Assembly (NCBI GenBank): GCA_951406725.2
Contig: OX597817.1
Coordinates: 131,626,001-131,690,000, forward strand
Length of the DNA: 64,000 nucleotides
Direction of reading: 5' to 3'
DNA from: Octopus vulgaris
Taxonomy: Eukaryota
Shown here in pieces: positions 12,749 to 26,284 of the stretch. Position 1 is the stretch's first letter. Every line of letters begins with the position of its first letter. The notes beneath the pieces were generated by a model, which worked only from the letters and a program-made list of their open reading frames with translations, searched no databases and was not told where the DNA came from. Made by a program: the position numbers and the translations under genes.

Positions 12749-12955
12749 AACAAACAAACAAACACAAACACACACACACTCATATATATCTACATATATA
12801 CGTCGGGCTTCTTTTCAGTTTCCATCTACCTAATCCACTCACAAGGCTTTGGTCGGCCCGACGCTATAGTAGAAGACACTTGCCACGCAGTGGGATTGAA
12901 CCCAGGACTATGTGGTTGGTAAGCAAACTTCTTACCACACAGCAACTCCTGCGCC
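12255..12955 (-). mobile_element. SINE family C (head at 12800-12955) with two copies of its 3' tail
   Basis: The head matches 6354-6514. The tail motif cagtcatttgactgcggccatgctgg...ccaacatcggtcgtcaaacgatggtggg occurs at ~12280-12450 and ~12575-12700. Confidence 0.8.
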
Positions 12956-13360
12956 TAATGTTCAGGCGAAATTCTTGGACTACATTGGCAAGACGTTATT
13001 TGTGATTGGTCTACTCTAAGACTGATTCCATCCTCTGTAGATTTGGTCTATTAACTCTTATCTTGTTCTTCTTGCTTGTTTTAGTCAATGGATTGCGGCC
13101 ATGCTGGGGTACGGAATCGGTCCTGGTACCTATTTGGTAGATATAGTAACTATGCTATGGGTCGGTCTCTCCCTTTTTTTCTTTTTGCTGATGCGCTGAT
13201 TTCCAAGGACGGAAGCAAAGCAACACCTCTTGTGAAATGGTTGGGGTGGGTGAAAATCAGACATAAAGACATTTGTAATTTACACAGACACATATATGTG
13301 TGTGCGTGTGTGTGTGCGTATGTATGTATGTATGTATCTATCTATCTATCTATCTATTTA

Positions 13361-13409
<49 letters not shown>

Positions 13410-14179
13410 CTGCCTTTCTCTATACACACACACTCACATACACACACACGCACATATACATATATATACACATACACACACTCACATACATACACACATA
13501 CACACACTCACATACACATATACGCACATACATACATACATACATACATATACATGCATACACACACATATATACGAAGAGCTACGACACAGATTCCGTA
13601 GGAATGAGAAAATGTTTGCTTTTATCTTTAAAATATATACATATACACACACATACACATATACACAAATACACACACACACTCACATACACACACGCAC
13701 ACACACGCGCACACACATATACGAAGGGATACCACACGGATTCCGTAAGAATGAGGAAAGGTTTGTTTGCTTTTATCTTTAAGAGTTGGAACTAGAAATG
13801 TAGGACAAATCAGCCATATTGTCTCCCCGTAAAAGTCGGTCCCACTCGCTGATAGCGCATCTAAAATGTGTAACGCCATACTAGCTGATACCAATAACGC
13901 AGTCGCTACTGATAATGCAGTTATAAAGCGAAACAATGTTTTATAACTGGCCAGCTACAAAATAACATCTGTAATTAATCTTGAAAATTTTATAATTATT
14001 CTACATCAAAACCATCCAGGCATGATATCTAAAGCTCTGACAGCAGCTGGTGACGAATATAAAATTTGTTATTAACGTAGAATTGCTTAAAATAACCGTC
14101 TCTTCATCATTAATGTAATTATGAAAGAAAAAAAAAGGAAACCGAAACAGCATGATCAGAAGCGAATAAAGGAAAGTGG

Positions 14180-14199
14180 GTCACGTGTAATGACGTCAT
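14180..14199. promoter_or_regulatory. Adjacent E-box (GTCACGTG) and full CRE palindrome (ATGACGTCAT)
   Basis: Exact motifs 2 bp apart in apparently unique sequence; function not shown. Confidence 0.25.
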
Positions 14200-14519
14200 G
14201 ATTTCATATTTCACTTGCTGCGGTACAGTTTTTCAGTAAGCTGTAAGCTGGCGTAAGCGAACATAACACTTCGGTTTCTTCTTATCTGTTGCACAAACGT
14301 ATATTTACAACGGATATCAATGTTTCTGGCGTTATTGATGAGCAGCGACGATGCTTCCTTGTTTTCGCAGCAAAACAACATCCACAGAATCGAAATTCCT
14401 CCTTCTTCTCCTCCTCCTCCTTTTCTCTCTTTCTGCTCATTCTTTTGACTTTCTTCTTCTGCTTTTCTTCTCCCTCCGTTCTCATTTTCAAAGTCAATAA
14501 TGATTTCTGATATTGATAT

Positions 14520-15907
<1,388 letters not shown>

Positions 15908-17237
15908 ACGTCTTGACATCGCTGTCGTTCTTCCTTCATCTCCTGCCACAATGATTCTGTCTCTTCAATTGAATCTCATTCACTCAGTCATCTGTTTCCT
16001 AACTGAAATATCCTCTCTCTCTCTTTCTTTCTTTCTTTATCCCTCTCTCTCTATTTATCTCTCCCTTTTTCCCGCTCTCTCTCTCTCCCACTCTCTCACT
16101 CCCTCTTATATTTTACTTGTTTCAGTCTTCGACTGCGGCCATGCTCGGGCACTGACTTGAAGGGGTTTTTAATCAAGCAAATCCATCCTGGCACTAATAC
16201 TTTTCTTATTCCATTGGTCTCTTTTGGTGAACAGCTAAAATACAGTGACGTAAACAAACCAACACTGTCCAGAAAGGAACACACACACACATACATAGTA
16301 AGGGCTTCTGAACAGTTACTGTCGATTTGGCATTTCGTTTGTATTAAGGCTGCAGAGAGAAATTCCAGTGAGATTTGACTGCTATTACTCGCAAGTCGAG
16401 ACAACGTGTAAAGAGGTATCGCTAGCCTGGTTGATAACAGCAGCAGCAGCAGCGGCGGCGGCGACGTCCTTATCATCATCATCGTCGTCGTCGTCATCAT
16501 CGGAATCATCATCCTCATCATCATCATTGTCGTCGGAGGCGGCATCCTCCTTCTCCTCCTCTGCTGCTGCTGCTGCTGCCCCTCCTCCACCTCTCCTCCT
16601 CCTCCCCTCCTCTCTTAGTCCCTTCCCTTCTTTCCTCCCCTCATCCACCTCCACCATTCTCCTCCTCCTCCTCCTCCTCCCTCTATGTCCTCATCATAAT
16701 CATCGCCATTTCACCTCCTCCCCCTCCTCCCCCTCCTCCACATCCTCATCCTCATCATCGTTATCCTGATCCTGATCATGATCATCCTTATCATCATCAG
16801 CATCAGTATTACCTGCAACAGTATTTACTATTTCTATTTAACCCCAGGCCAGCCTCCATCGCGTAGACACACGATCAAAGTCCTTCCATCTTTGAACGCG
16901 GCATCGGTATCTATACTTAAGTCTACGACATTCCTATGTTACCTTCTATTATAAACATACTAAGATGTAATTTAAGGAATATGTAGCTACTATTTCTACC
17001 GGTTCGAACGATCATGTAAAAGCTCCACCGCTATCTAAGTCTAATGGCGGACTCGACAGAAAAATGTTTTAACAACTTTTTGTTGAACAAAGTAAATAAA
17101 CTGTTTTATTGTTTAAGGGCAGCTTGATTTGAAGGGTTTCGCTAAAGTACATAGCGCACCGCCCGGTCCGGAAACCGAAAACGTGACCTTGTGATCGTGA
17201 GTGCACCACCATCCACCCCACACGCCTTCACGATTAA

Positions 17238-17422
17238 TAATCCTTTCTACTATAGGCACAATGCCTGAAATCTGGGGAGAGGGAAGAGTAAGTAGATTTC
17301 GTCGATCCCAGTGCGAAACTGGTACTTATTTAATAATCGACCTCGAAGGGAGGAAAGGCAAAGTCGAACTTGGCAGAATTTGAACACAAATCGTAGCGGC
17401 AGACGAAATATCGCTATGCATT
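17238..17422 (-). mobile_element. SINE family A body, interrupted by an RTE insertion; its head lies at 18646-18700
   Basis: gacgaaatatcgctatgcatt (to 17422) continues as ...cccggcgtgataacgattctggcagctcactgcctt (to 18700). Confidence 0.75.
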
Positions 17423-18645
17423 CATCATCATGGAATTTTCTATGTTACGCCAGACTTCACGGTCCATCATAGAATTACGGAGGTCCTGTTGCTGGATGCC
17501 TGTATCCCTGGAGATTACATTAGGGTAGGAGAGTGTGCGCCCTCTGGTATTGCGAGTAGATGACTTCCAGAGGAGAAGAGTAGAAATTACTTCTTTTTCA
17601 GCTCTACAACAATGTCCAGCAAACTGGACTCTCCTACCTTTCACAAGAGATGACACAGGTGGTAGTTTCCCATATATTTGCATTTTGGTTGGATGGCGCT
17701 TCCACGAGAGATTTTGAGCGCTCATAAGGAGGCGAGTGTAGGTTCCATCCAACCGCCTCTCAAGCTTCTTTGATAACGTCCAGGTTTCTGAGCCATATAG
17801 TAGAATTGGTTCGACTGTGGCTTTGAATATTTCAAGTTTGAAGTCTCTACTTAGATTTGATGACCAGATCTTATGCATGTCATTACAGGCTGACCAGGCC
17901 ATACCCTTTCTAGTTAGAAAGTCTTTTCCAGATGATGATATGTATGACCCAAGATATTTATAATCAGAAACCATATTTAAAGGCGCACTGTTGAGAGTAT
18001 GGATGATGCAATCACTGTTGGACAGGCACTTGTTTATGTATTCAGTTTTGGCGTCATTGAGGTAAAGACCTACACAATTTGAGGCTTGTTCAAGAGATTG
18101 TAAAAGAGACTGGGCATTGGAGAGAGAATCACCGATAAGAGCGATGTCGTCAGCAAAGTCAGTGTCTGTCAAGTACTCAGCTGGGTGTCTGGAACTTCTT
18201 CTTGGTTTTATTTCAAAGCCCTTGCCAGAGATGGTTGACATACACGTAGCACATAATCAACAACAATGATGAAAAGAAATGGGGCGAGTGTGTCTCCCTG
18301 CAGTATTCCGGCTTTGATTGAGAAAGATGATGTTTCTCCATCAGGGGTTAAGATGGTTGAAGACGTATCTGTGTAGAGGACCTTGATGGCAGAAATAATT
18401 TTGTCTGGTATCCCATAGAGCTTAAGGATTTCAAACATCTTGTACCTATCTACAGAATCGAACGCTTTAGAAAAGTCTACAAATACCATTGCAAGATCGC
18501 GATTAAATGCTTTTGATTCTTCAATAAGTCTGCGCTGGCTTAGTTTCTGGCTCAGCGTTGAGCGCCCATGTCTGAATCTATTTTGGTTCTTTCGGAGCAA
18601 AGGTTCAACAAAAAGGACAAGACGATTTAGGATCAGTTTGTTGTA
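17423..18645 (-). mobile_element. 5'-truncated RTE-clade LINE, frameshifted reverse transcriptase
   Basis: Motifs FVDFSKAFDSV, GILQGDTLAP, DFADDIAL, YKYLGS and LLYGSETW across ORFs 18208-18600 and 17414-18241; (ATG)n tail. Confidence 0.9.
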
Positions 18646-18748
18646 CTAGCATTAGCCCCCCCCCCCCCGGCGTGATAACGATTCTGGCAGCTCACTGCCT
18701 TCAATAACAACAACAACAACAACAACAACAATAACAATAATAATAATA

Positions 18749-18800
<52 letters not shown>

Positions 18801-18802
<2 letters not shown>

Positions 18803-19356
18803 GCCCTGATGCAGTACCAGGCAGTGGTTCTCATGGCTTCTGATCTTAACTGATTGGAAGTGTTATCATGTACGTTGTTTTGTCTTAGTATAAAAGATGG
18901 GCTACAGCAAATATTCTGCTCAATACCACAGATTTGCTTGTCAGTTGTTTGACCATAACCAGTTGAGCATGTTCCTTAGTGGCTGATGATATGTGCATCT
19001 CTGATCACGAGCAGAAGTAGTGGAGGAGTATCATAGCCATGTGTTGAGAGGGATTCTTTGTGGTTTGAATAATTCACCTCTGGATATATGGGTGTTTCGT
19101 TCAACATCCTTAAACAACCCTTACTCAGGGACCGTTTGAGCAGGATGGGTTACTCGACCAGAAGAAAATTCTAACTGGGCCTCACCTACAAGGTCATGTG
19201 CTGTTTATCTTGATATGAGATCATCATGTCGCGCACATATGGTTGTGATGCATGTGCCTGGTGTACCCTTATCAGACAGGTAGTCATGATGGGTATACTG
19301 GGCTTCGTATATTTTACCCCAGTGTCACTTTGATGGCATGCACTGCTCTCTCACTC
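18801..19356 (+). mobile_element. Non-coding ~555-bp element ('X') embedded in (AAT)n
   Basis: Closely similar copies at 55583-56127 and 56221-56767; partial minus-strand copies at 50608-50744 and 51562-51620. Confidence 0.85.
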
Positions 19357-19437
<81 letters not shown>

Positions 19438-19438
<1 letters not shown>

Positions 19439-19733
19439 GTCGATAGATATGACAGGTTAGCTTGGGAGGTTAAGCAGTTGTGGTCGATGAAAAATGTGGT
19501 AGTAGTATCGATAATTGTCGGGGCCCTGGGAACAGTGAGCAAAAATCTCGAGAAGTACATGGAACAAATAGGGGCTGTTATAAGTTTGGAACACTTGCAG
19601 AAAACAGCACTGCTTGGAACCGCTCGAATACTCCTGAAGGTGCTCGAAAAAAATAAGTGGTGTTACCTTAGTTGACTGGTAGTGAACAGCTGACACTGTA
19701 GTACATCTCCAGTGTTATAAAATGTGCAAAGGC
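19438..19733 (+). mobile_element. R4/Dong-like retrotransposon extreme 3' fragment
   Basis: Translates to WSMKNVVVVSIIVGALGTVSKNL...LQKTALLGTARIL, homologous to 58148-58387; preceded by (AAT)n and followed by (CAG)/(CAA)/(AAT)n. Confidence 0.85.
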
Positions 19734-19770
19734 AGCAGCAGCAGCAGCAGCAACAACAACAATAACAATG

Positions 19771-19842
<72 letters not shown>

Positions 19843-19844
19843 GT

Positions 19845-20051
19845 TTCAAACATTATTAAAAGGTCGATCAATTTTAGGTGAGTGGTTAAGTCAATTAAAC
19901 GACCCCAATATTCAACTGGCGCTCATTTTATCGACCCCTGAAGGATAAAGCAAAGTCGAGCTCGGCAGAATTTGAACTCAGAACGCAAAGAACGACGAAA
20001 TGCTTTAAGCATTTTATCCCGTGTGTTAACGATTATGCCAGCTCGCCGCCT
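19845..20051 (-). mobile_element. SINE family A monomer
   Basis: Core plus head gccagctcgccgcc. Confidence 0.8.
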
Positions 20052-20339
20052 CATTACGGCTAATAATAGAATTTTGTTACGCCGACCGGAAATTGAATTA
20101 AAATATTAAGCGTGGTGTTTGCCTGTAATTAGATCCATTTAACGATAATCCGGTATTTAAATAAGAAAAAACAGCAAAAGTGGATTATTAGAGATTAGAG
20201 TTAATTTTATTGATGGATTTCTTCAGGGCAGGTACAATTTAACGGCGTCTCTCTAACGACTCATTTTAAACATCGAAAATATAGTTTCATCTTCACTCAT
20301 TCTTTCCATACATACATACATACATCGCTCGCCACTACA

Positions 20340-20505
20340 CATTCTTTATTTTCTCTCCTTGTTTCTTTCTGTGTTCCTTTCTGTGGAAGATCGTAGGCTC
20401 AAAACGGTAAAGACTTTTTCACTTCCCAAGCGTTAAACTAATACATCTGTTTGATGTCTACACCACCTGTCTTCGTCTTTTGTTTTTTAGTGAATTCTCC
20501 CCATA
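20340..20505 (+). mobile_element. Short repeat with a decayed hammerhead-like motif (probable Penelope-like terminus); second copy at 34170-34315
   Basis: ttctgtggaagatcgtaggctcaaaacggtaaagact...cttcccaagcgttaaactaataca matches 34211-34280. Confidence 0.55.
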
Positions 20506-20519
20506 TATACATACATACA

Positions 20520-20550
<31 letters not shown>

Positions 20551-20564
20551 GTATAATAGAGGTC

Positions 20565-21130
20565 ATATTCACTCAAATAAAAAATGTACTGTTGGAATGT
20601 CTCCGTGAAAGCCTTAATAAAAAGTAAACATAATAGACCAGACATAGTGATTTGAGACAGGAAAGAGAAACTGTGTGCGGTAGTGGACATCAGGATGTTA
20701 GCATAAAGCTAAAGATCAGCGGAAAAGAAAACACCTGCAATGAACTATTGAGAAATTTATAGTTACTCTACCCGGATTACAAGTTCAGGTTTATACCTGT
20801 AAACATTGGGGAAAAAGGATATATAATAAACTACCTAAGCACCAATTTTGAGAAATTAGGCTTCTCAAAACTAGAAAGGAGAAAGCTGATTTAAAGACTA
20901 CAGTTCCAAGCCATCACTGGAACTGTAAATCTTAGACGCATGTCAAGATACACAAACAAAGCCTACAAATTTTCACATACACTGATTCCAAATACTGCAC
21001 AGATACGCACATGCATGCAAAAATTCCCTATTGATGTTGGTGAAATTCCAATGCAGAAGTCTAGGATCAAGGTTAGGAACCGGCACACTCTCTATTGGCA
21101 AGAAATCTTGAAATAAAATTGGATAATGAC
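20565..21130 (+). mobile_element. Decayed R4/Dong-like 3' fragment (same subfamily as 6735-8015)
   Basis: KHNRPDIVI*DRKEKLC; the nucleotide sequence resembles the reverse complement of 6900-7200. Confidence 0.65.
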
Positions 21131-21159
21131 ATATGTCCTTCATTACTTGACCGTTACTT

Positions 21160-21535
21160 TATTTTATTGATCGCGGAAGGTTGAAATGCAAATTTGACTC
21201 AGTGCATAAAGGGCCATAACATAAATGAACTGAGAACATAAAGTGCCAGAAGAAATTCTGCTTAGTATTTTGTCTGACGCTCTAACGATTCTGCCAGTTG
21301 GCCACCTCTAATAACAAGGGCGTCAAATTTTAGCAAAAAGCCTAAACTTTCGTAAGGAGCGGGGTTATCAATCATATCGACCTCATTGCTGGACTGGTCC
21401 TTCATTTTGTTAAATCCTGAATGGAAGAAAGACAAAGTTGACCTCAGCTGAATTCGAACCAAGCATTTATAGAGACGGAAGTAATTCTGAGTATTTTGCT
21501 CGATTCACTAACGATTCTGCAAGTTCACTGCCTTA
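21160..21535 (-). mobile_element. Two diverged SINE family A-like copies
   Basis: ctaacgattctgc heads at ~21282 and ~21508; degraded cores. Confidence 0.6.
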
Positions 21536-21799
21536 AATAATCAGCTCCCCCGCGTGACTTTTAGAGGACCCCTACAACTGTCTGTTTCGAGACACCACCC
21601 CGTCAATCAAAATTCATAATCTACGCACCTTTTATTCATAGCTAAATTTTACTTTATTCTATCTGAAGTTCAATATTTCACATTATCCTAAACAACATCT
21701 TTAAAACTACAAGTTAAATTTATTTAGGTCTATTACAAATTTCAATTATTATAACTTCCAGATATGAATAAAAGAGCAATTTAATAATCTAGGCAACTT

Positions 21800-22015
21800 T
21801 CAAAGACTAACACAGCACACTTTTCGGTTTGCAAAATGATCGATCAGTTCAGAATAATCAAGCTGAGAGTTAAGTTCGTATTCAATAAATATTATAGACA
21901 ATCCACAAAGTCTGGTACTCATTTGTCGTACAATGTAATTTTTTTCCAAGAACTTTTGCAGGTACAATGTATTGCCATTCCATTGCTCAAACATTTCAGT
22001 TCACACAGAGAGTTT
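21800..22015 (-). pseudogene. hAT transposase C-terminal dimerization-domain remnant
   Basis: MSTRLCGLSIIFIEYELNSQLDYSELIDHFANRK resembles the hATC RL..L....IE...LD....ID.FA..K pattern. Confidence 0.7.
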
Positions 22016-22804
22016 AATTCCTGTTCAACATCTTAACCAAAGTAAACAGATGACTCCTCTATGTACTTTGGTATTAACATAGGACACCTCAACTGCGGAG
22101 GCTCCCAGTGACCGCAGAGGTTGCAGGAGCTTAGCGACGGACCCGTATTTAATCCTTTCTATTTGTGGGGCACAGAGCCTGAAATATTGGGAGAGGGTAC
22201 AAGTCGGTTACATTGCCCCTTAGTGCTCAACTGATACTTATTTTAAAGGATGAAAAATGAGGAAATGTCACTAAGCATTATGTCCGGCATGCTAAAGGTT
22301 CAGCCACCTGCCCCTATAGTCGCTCCTATATATAATGTTGCATTACAATAAGAATAGAAAATGGCTCAATCTCCACAAGACGCTGCAATTACTAATCGCT
22401 AATACTGCTATGTGTAAGATACCGCTTCCACAGTCTGATTGCAAATTTCAGTTTAAATTTTAGTAAATTTAAGACTGATTTATATTGAATTTTATCTTCT
22501 TATACACGAGTAAATATGATATATATAAAACCAGGTAAGTCCCAGGTGATGTCCGATTACAACTGCAACTTGAAGAACACAAGTGGAGTTTGGAACCCGC
22601 CCGAGGTTGGTTTTACAATTTAGATTCAATAGGGTATATACGTGTGTACAAATTTGTATATATGCGCGCGCGTATACATACATATATACATATGTATGTA
22701 TGCATGTATGTATGTATGTATGTATGTATGTATGTATGTATGTATGTATGTATGTATGTATGTATGCATGTATGTATGTATGTATGTATGTATGTATGTA
22801 TGTG

Positions 22805-22849
<45 letters not shown>

Positions 22850-22864
22850 TTATATATACATATA

Positions 22865-22899
<35 letters not shown>

Positions 22900-23002
22900 G
22901 TCTGCATATACTCATATATATTGAGCCAATTAACCGACTGTTCCCTGTGCTCTGAAAGTTTAAATACTTGGATTCGAAATGCATAATACATACATACATA
23001 CT

Positions 23003-23049
<47 letters not shown>

Positions 23050-23084
23050 AAAAATTGTGAAGCATGACTGTCACCACTACTACA

Positions 23085-23129
23085 TGAACCTGAAGATTGC
23101 AGAATTTAATGCATGAAAGTACTAGTTCA
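23085..23129 (+). ncRNA. Minimal type-I hammerhead ribozyme motif
   Basis: TGAAC-CTGAAGA-TTGCA gaatttaa TGCAT-GAAA-GTAC-TA-GTTCA. 5-bp stem I, intact core, palindromic loop III; only the first stem II pair is a T.T mismatch. Confidence 0.7.
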
Positions 23130-23274
23130 ATCAGAATGAACATTTAACATTCTATTATTTTATTTTATTTTATTATATTATATTATCTTATATTATATGA
23201 TTATAAGATTGTAAATAAAACGTGAAAATCAGACAAGGTTGGAATTCCTTTTATTAATATATATATATATATTC

Positions 23275-23605
23275 TCTGTCCTGTCTTTTATTGTTTATAT
23301 TTTGTACTGTCGTTACTGTCCTGTTTTTGTTACCATTTTTACCCCCCCGCAAAAAATCTCAAATTTTATTTAATTTGATTTTCCCGGGAAGGAAAATTTC
23401 ATTGAAGTCATGTATCGCCTTGACCTTCGAAACGTGGAGTAGATGAAATTAAGGCGACTGAAGAAGGAATTTTCCTTGTTTTGTATGTCATGTACTTTAT
23501 TTTTTCGTTGTTTTAAAAAAAATGTCCATTTTCTTGGTTTTGTGTTTATGTTTTCGTTTCTCATTGTGTTCGACGTTTTTTTGGTATCCTGTACCCATAT
23601 ATGCA
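23275..23605 (+). mobile_element. (TA)n-flanked dispersed repeat (probable Penelope-like terminus)
   Basis: Shares ccgcaaaaatctcaaattttatttaatttg and its 3' end with 39345-39665. Confidence 0.6.
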
Positions 23606-23680
23606 TGTATATATACATGTAGAGGTAGGTACGTACATATATGTATGTATATATGCATATGTTTTATTTATTTATTAATT

Positions 23681-23745
<65 letters not shown>

Positions 23746-23983
23746 TGTATATATAAGAATGTAGGTAATATCATTTCCTCTATAAATAATAAGAAATTAA
23801 ATAATTATTATAATAGTACAATAAATAATTCTAGCTATAACATAGCCGAGAGTGATGGCAGTCTTAATCAAGATATAGAAAAATGTTCATCTCGTGATTA
23901 GACTAAATGTAAGCTCTCTAATAATTGTAATATTGATAATGTAATTTATAAATGCTTAATATGCTCTAAGAACAAAATATATA

Positions 23984-24024
<41 letters not shown>

Positions 24025-24183
24025 ATATATAACGTTGGTCTCTGTGCGGCATCTCCATCATGCTACCTTGAAAATGTTGGTGAAATGACTGACTTCAGCT
24101 CACTGCAGTCGTTTATGTGCCACTGTCAGTGTGTTTATGTAATGCATGCCTTCGTCTTTTGTCTATTTTCATAAAGCTTCCCG

Positions 24184-24230
<47 letters not shown>

Positions 24231-24284
24231 TATATATATACATATATATAGTTGTGTATTAATGTTTGTTTATGTTGAGTTATC

Positions 24285-24497
24285 TTTTCTACTATAGGTG
24301 GAAGGCCCGTCATTTTGGGTGAGAGTCCAGACGATTACATCGATCTATAGAGCTCGAGTGATATATATTTCATCGACCTGAACATGATGAAAGGCAAAAT
24401 GGTTTTCGATGGAATATGAACTTTGCACGTAAAGACGGACGAAACGCCGTTAAGCGCTGCAGTTGGCGTGCAAACGACTCCATCAGTTCATCGCTTT
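24285..24497 (-). mobile_element. Diverged SINE family A monomer
   Basis: gatgaaaggcaaa core and gacggacgaaa. Confidence 0.6.
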
Positions 24498-24645
24498 ATT
24501 TTAATTTATAATTAAAGAAATTTAACTTTAAACTAACGATTTACTCAGTGCATTTCTTTGTAGAATAATGATATATTATACATATACTGCCAAAGGAATG
24601 ACAGTGTTTAGTAAGCGGCAACATCGAATTCGCAGTTACCCACAG

Positions 24646-24681
<36 letters not shown>

Positions 24682-24699
24682 TGTGTGTGTGTGCATGTG

Positions 24700-25115
24700 T
24701 GTAATATAATGCAATATAATACAATATACAATATAAGATAAAATAATATAACATAATATAAGATACGATAATATGATATAACATAATATAAGATAAAATA
24801 ATATAAAATAATATAACATAATATAAGATACGATAAAAATATGACAATATAATATAGGATAAAATAATATAAATTAATATAATGGCGGTGCCCCAGCATG
24901 GCCACAGCTCGTCAGCTGAAACTAGATAAAATATATATGAAATGTAAAAATATATAAGATACGTTAAAATTATATAACAATATAATATAAGATACGATAA
25001 AATAATATAACAATATAATTTAAGATACGATAAATAATATAACATAATATAAGATATGATAAATTAATATAAGTTAATATAAGATAAAATAATATAACAT
25101 AATATAGTATAAAAT
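24700..25115. repeat. Degenerate (AATAT)/(AAGAT) pentamer array interrupted by a SINE family C tail end (24883-24930)
   Basis: Direct inspection. Confidence 0.8.
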
Positions 25116-25437
25116 ATGAGTGGGAGTGTGTGAATATAATTTGTAAATACATGGACATCGATACTATTAAACTAAATCGCTAAATCCCTTCACACAATTA
25201 AACCATCAACGACATTTGCCTCAGTATCGATCTCTCAGCACACAGTTCAATCATTTGCATCCGTTTTATGACCGTTATTTAGTAGATTATCACGGAAATA
25301 GAAAGACACATTTCACGGCTATTTTTCTTTGCTTTAGCCGCCATTTTAGGACGGTCACAATAACGTTCTATTCCGGCCAATCGTCTTGACTCATTAAACA
25401 ATAAAATAAAGACGATAAGATAATAATAATAATAATG

Positions 25438-25506
<69 letters not shown>

Positions 25507-25526
25507 TTAACGATAATAATAATAAC

Positions 25527-25564
<38 letters not shown>

Positions 25565-25768
25565 TAGACAACCAGAACAACGATTGACAGTCATAAGAAG
25601 AGCAACTGTAGTGTTAGTAAGGCAGAATGTTTGATATTCTAAGCTTCGTCACTCAAACAACGACATGAAAAAGGTCATAAAGACGAGTAAATATTTATAT
25701 TGATTCAGCATCATGTGATGTATCATGTAAATACATACATACATATGTGTGTGTGTATATATATATAT

Positions 25769-25816
<48 letters not shown>

Positions 25817-25955
25817 GTATGTGTGTGTGTGTGTGTGTGTATACATTTATATATATATAGATGCATGCATGTATGTATGTATCTATCTATATATATAAAT
25901 ATATATATATATGTATATAAATACATATATGTATGTATGTATGTATGTATGATTG

Positions 25956-26009
<54 letters not shown>

Positions 26010-26120
26010 CATACATATATATATTTATATACATATAAATGTATAAACTTGCGTGGGCGCGCATGTCCGTGTCTAGTTGCGTGCTCTTGTGTGTATGTAT
26101 ATACACACACACACACACAC

Positions 26121-26152
<32 letters not shown>

Positions 26153-26248
26153 ACACACACACATATATATAGATACATATTTGTATGTATAATTATATAT
26201 ATTTGTATTTCTGCACATTTATCTATGTACCTATATCTTTCTTTTTGT

Positions 26249-26284
<36 letters not shown>

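Noticed and set aside
18975-19025. Hammerhead in element X (CTGATGA/CTGACGA)
   Set aside because: It is followed by GAAG rather than GAAA, and no convincing stems I-III form
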